Shown here piece by piece: positions 61,601 to 64,000 of a stretch of 64,000 nucleotides of DNA. Each line of letters starts with the position of its first letter. Position 1 is the first letter of the stretch. The notes beneath the pieces were generated by a model that was given only the letters and a program-made list of their open reading frames with translations, had not been told where the DNA came from and ran no database searches. The position numbers and the translations under genes are program-made. The DNA is from Yuukianura sp. NJ FZ-2021 (lineage: Eukaryota), in assembly GCA_046563655.1 (NCBI GenBank), contig CM102289.1:5394001-5458000 (forward strand), in the 5' to 3' direction.

Positions 61601-64000
61601 CATGGGTCATGTTACTTGATCTCGGGGGCACAAACAACTTCTCCTCGTGTCAGCAAATTGCAAAGAGACAAATTGGGCACGTGCCTTAAGGGCCATCCAC
61701 CGTCATGCGTTCCCTTAAGACTCTCCGAGTTGGGCATCGACTGCCGAGTCCCTCCATTGCCGACTGATTGCATTGTTTTTGTTCGTTCCACCCCATTGGT
61801 CCAAAACGACACTTCCACTTTCACTTGTGCTTTCACTCACTCCGCTACTACTGAAAACAACTTTCACTTTCGGAAATATTTACGATTTTAATGAATTGGG
61901 AAAATGGGACTGTTTCAGCCTCTGGAATTGGTCCAAACAGAACCCTAGTTCGACGCCAAAATAGAAAGTTTGCATTCAAATTGTCCCAGTTCCGCAATCG
62001 ACATTGGCAGTCCATTTTCCTTCTATAACATAACCTGCACTTAACTCTTAAGTTATAGTTTTAAAACCAAGTATTGGCCAAAACCCGTAGTGTTAAACTG
62101 AGTTTACAAAGTTCATGTAAGAATTCGATGAAAATATTAAAATGAAACTTTTACTGACCGGAAATGGTTTTGAATTTAGCCGTGAAAAATACTTACGATT
62201 GAAATGTTAAAGTAACAATGTTCGTGTTGGGGTGAAGTGAGATGCGGTGAGAAACAAGTTTTATTACAAATGGTTTCGATGCACACGGAGAAGCTTTTAG
62301 AGAGAAACGTGAAGCGCGTAAATCAAAGATGGAGGACAAAGTGAAAGTGGTGAGATGATGTATGGTGACTGTAGGAAGATGATGTGCAGGTTTTCCTAAA
62401 AGTCTCCTCTGCCCGCCAAGTCTGAAATTGAGTCGTACAATTTGCATACACGGGCAAAGTTAGTTCCAAATGCGAGTCACGTTGCTTTCTCCACGGTGCA
62501 TGACAAATAAATGGGAAGGACATGCTCCAGCTCTTCTCTTTAGTGTAAATGAGATGTACCGGAAGGGCTAAGTACAGAGAAATAGACGTATGCGCTCAAC
62601 ATAACGAGCACATACAACATGCATGCCCCACGTAGACATACTTTTTTTTTCAGAAAAAAAAAACTAAAAGGAAAGTTCAAAGAGAAAGTGGGGCCACCAG
62701 GGGTGAAAGACCACATCAAGACTTTTTCATCTCCACATTAAGAGACATTTCTCATATTAGAAGCCTGGAAAGCAAAATGCCCATCTCTGCATATTCTTTT
62801 ATGCTCGTATGCCCAACAGTAGTGAGAGGGGAACATGACAAGAAGCGTGCTCGGAAGTCATCGAGCCATTAGACACTAGGAGTTATGTTCCAGAGGCGGA
62901 AATGTAATGGGAACCAAAGGCGGGCAGCTCCACTTTTGCCCATTTGTGGAACTCGAGGAGTGGTGCCACAAAGTTTGACTCAAATAGGATTTGCACATAG
63001 GGGAAGAAGAGCGGGAAATTGCGGGAATGTTGGTCGTTGGGAGTGGCGAAAGTGGAGAAAGTAAATTGAGAGACTTGTGTAAGGATTGTTCTTTTTCCCA
63101 GCTGGGATTCCCTACTGTACAGACCCTGATTACTGCTGGGCCTGTTTCTGTGGTACTGCAGGAACTGTTAGCACTACCACAGCATGAACTCTCCACTTTG
63201 TTGCTAGAACCCATTATCTGCTGTAATCATGCCCATCATCACATCAATTAAGTCAACGGACATGGAAACACACCAAACCAAAAACTCAATTCCAAAAACC
63301 AGCTTTACTTCTCAAACCAGAACCCAGCACTGTCCAGTTTCCTTTTCATCAAACGAGAATAGGGGTCAAGGTGGTGAAATTAAAAAAAACGACAAGAAAA
63401 ATTTAACAAAATCGAAAAGGAACAAAAATATCTGTATTTAGAATAAGAGCAGAAAAAAACAGCAGTAAAGAAATGATGGCGAGAAGTTAATCAATGTTTA
63501 AAACTTACAACAAAACCAGGCGTCGAACGTAAAGTTTTTACAAAAGAAAGTGAAAGAAAAGGTAATATAGTTGCTTAGAAAATCGAAGGTTTTTGTAATT
63601 GCTGTCCTACTAGATATTATTTGTTATTTTTTAAGCACGGTACGTTTGTACTTTTTTTTTTGAAATGGAATGTGAAGTCGCAGATTTAAAAGTTTCTAAA
63701 AAGTAATTAGTGTAATAGGTCGTTAGAAAAATTAGGCCAATTTCCTAAAAAGAACACTCACCTTGTTCTCTCAGCTAGAAAATCCACGCAACTGCTGTTT
63801 CATTTTCTAGAGATTTTTACTATTAGCCTTATTGTCTTTTCCGAAACGAAACGGCACAAAATCGCTTTGTTCTGAATGTTTACATCTTAAGTAACTAACA
63901 AAAAAAAGTAATGACAATAAAAAAAGAAGTGAAATAAATAATAAAACAAATAAAACCTAGCAAATGTAAAATCTGTGAAAACCGTTTCAGAATATAGAAA

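Larger units (their letters stand above)
27059..62348. promoter_or_regulatory. Dispersed homotypic AAAGTGAAAGT motifs (Blimp-1/PRDM1- or IRF-type consensus)
   Basis: Exact 11-mers at 27059, 40583, 43207, 50530, 58794 and 62338 (+), and at 28159, 30755, 31348, 43294, 45632, 48552 and 61860 (-). Confidence 0.5.

Overview
Eukaryotic, AT-rich genomic DNA with short GT-AG introns (mostly 60-100 nt). The gene content and intron style suggest a compact arthropod genome, possibly a springtail (inference only). The first ~25.4 kb is gene-dense: a secreted single-domain Kazal protease inhibitor (+), COP9 signalosome subunit 7 (-), GOLPH3 (+), medium-chain acyl-CoA dehydrogenase (-), a failed-axon-connections/GST-like gene (-), two tandem bubblegum-family (ACSBG) acyl-CoA synthetases (+) separated by an orphan gene (-), and a 426-aa signal-peptide plus transmembrane protein with repeated beta/gamma-crystallin-like motifs (-). 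The remaining ~38 kb is almost entirely non-coding. It holds one well-formed signal-peptide exon (47519-47642), probably from a large-intron gene that continues past the window, and many transcription-factor-like motifs: at least 13 exact AAAGTGAAAGT (Blimp-1/PRDM1-type) sites, nuclear-receptor DR1/IR1/FTZ-F1-type sites, and two NRF-1/Ewg-type sites. The best leads are the membrane-anchored crystallin-like protein, the second ACSBG paralogue (apparent mitochondrial presequence and a Gly-to-Glu change in an ATP-binding motif), and the Blimp-1-type motif field. All gene models were spliced by eye and no database searches were run.
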